From an uncultured Pseudomonadota bacterium (GTDB lineage Bacteria > Vulcanimicrobiota > Vulcanimicrobiia > Eremiobacterales > Eremiobacteraceae), in the NCBI GenBank assembly GCA_963736005.1, contig CAVTNB010000001.1:288001-352000 (forward strand): a DNA stretch of 64,000 nucleotides, written 5' to 3'. A program made the translations under genes and the position numbers. Position 1 is the first letter of the stretch, and every line of letters starts with the position of its first letter. The notes beneath the pieces were generated by a model. The model did no database searches. It was not told the origin of the DNA and worked only from the letters and a program-made list of their open reading frames with translations. Positions 60,066 through 64,000 of the stretch are shown here, in pieces.

Positions 60066-61691
60066 CTAGTTTCCGGGCGACAGCGACATGACTTGGAACG
60101 GTTCGGAATTGTCTGGATTGCCAATATAGCCGAGCACCGTTCGCTTGAAAACGATTGGCGGACCTGTGTGCACGAGGGGAACCAGGGGCGCTTGGTCGTG
60201 GACGATCTGTAGCGCTTGCGAGTAATACTCGGCTCGCTTCGTGCGGTCATTCGTGTTTTGCGCTGCGATCATCAAGTTGTGGAAGTCTGGGTCTTTCCAA
60301 AAGCACACGTTCTGCGCGCCGGGCGGAATGGCGCTATCCCTGTCAAGGATTGCGTAGAGAAAATTGTCGGGGTCGCCGTTGTCTCCGGTCCATCCGGAGA
60401 GCGCGAGGTCATGATCTCCTCGTTCGGTCTTATCCAAATACTGTCCCCACTCGAAGCCTTGAAGCGACGCGTTGATGCCCACGGTGCGCAAGTCGGCTTG
60501 GATCGCCTCAGCGACGCGCTGAGGTTCGGGAACGTACGGGCGGGGCAGTGTCATGTACCACAGCGTCGTAGTGAAGCCGTGCGGGAAGCCCGCTTGGGCG
60601 AGCAGTCGGCGGGCGTCCGCCGGGTCATACGCGTACGCGGTTTTATTGGGATGTGGCCACACGGCAAGCGGCAGAAAATCAGTAGCGACCTCAGCGGACG
60701 GGTCGTAAAAGTTTTTGACTATTGCCTTCGCGTCGATCGCTTCGTTGATGGCGCGTCTCACCAAAACGTTCGTGAACGGTGGTTTCTGCACGTTGATTGC
60801 TAGATAGAGCACGTTGTTGGGAGGTTGGTGGTAAATCGTCAGGTTGTGATCGTTTGCCAAAGCCGCCATATCGTCCGGACGGGGGTATTCCCAGCCATCG
60901 ATGTCGCCTTTTTGCATCGCGAGCAGACTGGTCGACTGGTCGGGGATGTCGCGGAAAATAATGGTTTGAATTTTTGGCTTATCGCCCCAATAGCCGGCGA
61001 ATGCCTTCATTGTAATGTGGTCGTCTTTGACCCATTCGGTCACCTCGTACGGTCCCGTCCCCACCGGCGCGCGGAAATAATTCTCTCCTTCTTTCTTCAT
61101 GGCCGTGGGTGACGAAATACCGAACGCAGGCATGGCCAGGTTGGCAAGCATCGGCGCCATGGGTCGAGTGAGCACGAACTCAACTTCGTCCGGCGCGAGG
61201 ACGCGAACGTCGCTGATGACGCCCGGAAATCCGCCGAACTGGCTTTCGTAGTAGGAATATTCCAGATTTCCTTGCAGTAGTTTGTGCCAAGGATTATCCC
61301 GCAGGCGCCAGCGATCGAAATTGAACTTCACGGCCGCTGCGTCAAAGGAAGTTTCATCGTGAAATTTCACGCCGTGCCGCAGCTTGAACTTCCAAATCTT
61401 CCCATCTGGGCTCACGCTCCAGGAGGTTGCAAGCGCCGGCTCGATGTCGAAGCTGCCAAGTGCGTAGCCGGTCAGGCCCTCCATAGTGATGCGCGACACG
61501 TTGAGCGACATGCCGTCGGTAACCACTGCAGGATCCAGTCGCACGGCATCTTGGTTGCGCCCAAAAACAAGCGTCGATCCGTTGTTTTCTGTTGCCCCCG
61601 TACTGGAGCCCGAACAGGCGGCGAGGCCGACACACGCCGCAAAGAGGGCGCCCGCAATCGCAAACCACCGCGCCACACTAGAATACTTCAC
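60066..61691 (-). CDS. Peptide/nickel ABC transporter substrate-binding lipoprotein (family 5)
   Basis: Lipobox LAAC, LRHGVKFHD, PVGTGPY, VRRAI. Confidence 0.92.
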   Translation of the reverse strand: MKYSSVARWFAIAGALFAACVGLAACSGSSTGATENNGSTLVFGRNQDAVRLDPAVVTDGMSLNVSRITMEGLTGYALGSFDIEPALATSWSVSPDGKIWKFKLRHGVKFHDETSFDAAAVKFNFDRWRLRDNPWHKLLQGNLEYSYYESQFGGFPGVISDVRVLAPDEVEFVLTRPMAPMLANLAMPAFGISSPTAMKKEGENYFRAPVGTGPYEVTEWVKDDHITMKAFAGYWGDKPKIQTIIFRDIPDQSTSLLAMQKGDIDGWEYPRPDDMAALANDHNLTIYHQPPNNVLYLAINVQKPPFTNVLVRRAINEAIDAKAIVKNFYDPSAEVATDFLPLAVWPHPNKTAYAYDPADARRLLAQAGFPHGFTTTLWYMTLPRPYVPEPQRVAEAIQADLRTVGINASLQGFEWGQYLDKTERGDHDLALSGWTGDNGDPDNFLYAILDRDSAIPPGAQNVCFWKDPDFHNLMIAAQNTNDRTKRAEYYSQALQIVHDQAPLVPLVHTGPPIVFKRTVLGYIGNPDNSEPFQVMSLSPGN

Positions 61692-61700
61692 TTCTTTGCC

Positions 61701-63233
61701 TCACTCGCCAAGGATCTTGAACGACCATTCGTACGCAAGCCCATTACCTGCAATATCGGTTCCTCTGAGCCTGACGTCCACCACCCCAGGGGGCAAATCT
61801 GCGGGTGGATAGTAGGAAATGAATGATGGCGTACGCGTTGTTTGGGCCGTTACGTCTTGACCGTTGACCGTCAGGATAAGGCTCCCGGTGTCCATGCCCT
61901 TGTTCCCCACGGTGACAAAGGTGGCGACGATATTCGGACGAGTGACGTTGATCTGGCCCCCCGCGGCTGGTGCAGTTTCACCCACTGAAGGTGGTGTGGT
62001 GATGATCGTCAGCGGGTCGGGAGCCTCCGCGAGAGCCGTGAGACCGTCTTTGGTGAGCCTCACCAGCACGGGCGCATCGGCGAGGTTCGTGCCGACGGAA
62101 ACAGCGTAGTCACCTTCGTAGTGACCCGAACGAACCTCTCGCATCACGTTATGAGCGAAGACATCGCTCAAATCGAATTCGGCACGTCCTCCGGGTGTGC
62201 CATCCAAAGCAACCTTCAACACATCGCCCGAACGAAAGGCCCGTTGTGCGTTATCCGTCACGCCGGTAATCGCTACTGACGTGCTCCCGGATTGCGCTGA
62301 GTTGGGCGTGGCGCTGGCCGTCGTTGCGTATCCACCCGGCGTGAGGGCGACAACCTCTCGCACCGCACCGCTGACGGGATCGGCGCGAACCGTCACCTTG
62401 TCGCCTGCCTGCAACGACGCAAAAGTGGCCGGCCTGCCGTCCAACGTCACGCTTGCGGATGTCGAAGTGTCCGCAGAAATCACTCGCCCACTGGTGAGCA
62501 CCATGCTTTGGTCAGCCACACTTGCGATCGTGCCATTGATGCTCGCAAAGATATCTGCGATCGAAACCAATTGTCCGGCTCCATCGAGCGTCACCACCAG
62601 CGCGTCGCCTGGGCGCACTGCAGACAGAGTGCCATTCCCGGTGACTGCGCCATGCACGTCGCGGAATGCAATGGCGGTCGTGGCGGGCACAGTCGCGGTG
62701 TAGACCTGGCCCCCTGAAGTGAATTGTATTGTTGGCGGCGCTGCCGCGCTGTTCACCGCGACCACGGTACCTTCGAAGGTCTTCGCCGACGTCGGTGGCG
62801 GGGAAGCTGCTCGCTGCCCAGTGTTACGAGATGCTGCGGAGACAACCACCGCGTGGGTCTTCGGTTTGTACGTCACCGATGCGCCGAAGACTGCACCCAG
62901 CACGCGCAGGGGCAGCATGATCCGCGAACCGTTGCGGCGCGGTGCGGCTGCAAGCTGTATCGCTTCTCCATTGACCATTGCCCTCTGGTCATCAAGATGG
63001 AGGACGACCTGTCGCAACAGGGTCGTGATCGTCACCGAGCGCTCGCGCGAGTTGGTCGTGACATAGGCGCCAAGCGCTTCACCCACGGGGCGAACGGCAA
63101 CATAGACCTTGCCATCCAGAATCGCGACCGCGCTCGAAGGCAGGCTCGCTCCGTTGACCACGACGTGCATTGGCTGAGGCGCTGCGGCGATCAGCGTGAA
63201 GACAACAAATCCAAGCCTCACATAGCGATTCAT
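61701..63233 (-). CDS. Secreted protein with copper amine oxidase N-terminal (stalk) domain and beta-rich repeats
   Basis: GKVYVAVRPVGEALGA, RIMLPLRVLGAVFGASV; signal peptide; ATG at 63233. Confidence 0.75.
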   Translation of the reverse strand: MNRYVRLGFVVFTLIAAAPQPMHVVVNGASLPSSAVAILDGKVYVAVRPVGEALGAYVTTNSRERSVTITTLLRQVVLHLDDQRAMVNGEAIQLAAAPRRNGSRIMLPLRVLGAVFGASVTYKPKTHAVVVSAASRNTGQRAASPPPTSAKTFEGTVVAVNSAAAPPTIQFTSGGQVYTATVPATTAIAFRDVHGAVTGNGTLSAVRPGDALVVTLDGAGQLVSIADIFASINGTIASVADQSMVLTSGRVISADTSTSASVTLDGRPATFASLQAGDKVTVRADPVSGAVREVVALTPGGYATTASATPNSAQSGSTSVAITGVTDNAQRAFRSGDVLKVALDGTPGGRAEFDLSDVFAHNVMREVRSGHYEGDYAVSVGTNLADAPVLVRLTKDGLTALAEAPDPLTIITTPPSVGETAPAAGGQINVTRPNIVATFVTVGNKGMDTGSLILTVNGQDVTAQTTRTPSFISYYPPADLPPGVVDVRLRGTDIAGNGLAYEWSFKILGE

Positions 63234-64000
63234 TGTCCGAGAGCCTCGCGATAGACTTGAGCGGTTTGGCGCGCGGTGAGATCCCATGAGAAGTCGCAGG
63301 CACGCTTGCGACCCGCCGCGCGCAGCGCCTCGCGCTGCGATGCGTCCATCGCTAGGGTATCCATCTGCTCGGCCAGCCCCGCGGCGTCGTGAGCGAAGAA
63401 CGTCGCCGCCGCGTGTTCTGTGAGCTCGAGGAGTGCTGGTGTCCGCGCCACGATCACTGGTGCACCGACAGACATTGCCTCGAGCGCACCCAATCCAAAG
63501 CCTTCATACAGGGACGGCTGCACCGCACCACTGCAGCCAGCATAAAGCGAGATGAGTTCGCCTTGCGTCACATGGCCCACACAGACAATCCTTCCATTTG
63601 TTTTTTGCCCGGCATCCAACACAAAATCAAAGGGTCCATCCTCCGTCAGGACGAGATCGCTGGGCGCTTTCGTCATTCGCCACGCTTCAACCAAAGTTTG
63701 GATGTTCTTGTGCGGCCGGTGGTTGCCCGCGTAGACAAAGTACGACCGATCGAGTCCAAAGCGCCGCTTGGCGGCCTCAGCGTGCATCGTTCTTGCTTGC
63801 TCATTGAGAGTGAATGCTTCACCCACGCCGAGCGGCACCACGCGAATCCGGTCCGGTTCGACTTGGAGGTACGTGCGCAGGTCCGCCAGAGTTGCCCGGG
63901 CATCTGTGATGACCAAGCGCGCCGAGCGCGCAGCCGGTCTGACAACCCACCGATAATACGGTGGAACCTTCCACGAAAAATACTGAGGGAAGCGCAGATG
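63230..64000 (-). CDS. Glycosyltransferase family 4 (5' end outside the window)
   Basis: GNHRPHKN, PSLYEGFGL..LEAM, FSW. Confidence 0.9.
   Translation of the reverse strand, partial: HLRFPQYFSWKVPPYYRWVVRPAARSARLVITDARATLADLRTYLQVEPDRIRVVPLGVGEAFTLNEQARTMHAEAAKRRFGLDRSYFVYAGNHRPHKNIQTLVEAWRMTKAPSDLVLTEDGPFDFVLDAGQKTNGRIVCVGHVTQGELISLYAGCSGAVQPSLYEGFGLGALEAMSVGAPVIVARTPALLELTEHAAATFFAHDAAGLAEQMDTLAMDASQREALRAAGRKRACDFSWDLTARQTAQVYREALGQ

Overview
High-GC bacterial chromosome segment, almost all on the minus strand and mostly housekeeping. It holds mlaE (partial), rph, glmS, gmk, rqcH, queA, ruvCAB, pbpA-pknB, pyrR-pyrB-pyrC-carAB, valS, tig-clpP-clpX, lepA, rdgB, tadA, mltG, ruvX, recO and a Bacillus-like rpsU-yqeY-nfeD-floA-ybeY-dgkA-cdd block, plus 14 tRNA genes and an SRP RNA. 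The gene content suggests a diderm Terrabacteria lineage such as Eremiobacterota (inference only). The main accessory feature is a ~7.6 kb integrative element (28920-36591) bounded by a 38-bp direct repeat that duplicates the 5' half of tRNA-Leu(TAG), not the usual 3' end. It carries a centrally placed tyrosine integrase, a divergent regulator/Xis pair, a replication initiator-like gene, and a defence cassette (AIPR, BglII/BstYI-like endonuclease, MT-A70 methyltransferase, membrane protein). The integrase and all four cassette genes are frameshifted. Other notable items are an HNH nuclease ORF whose stop codon lies inside tRNA-Pro, a GTAG-type REP-like palindrome in 4 copies, two tiny membrane ORFs, tandem PadR operators and a probable CTG start coupled to rpsU. 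All calls are from reading motifs by eye; no database searches were run.
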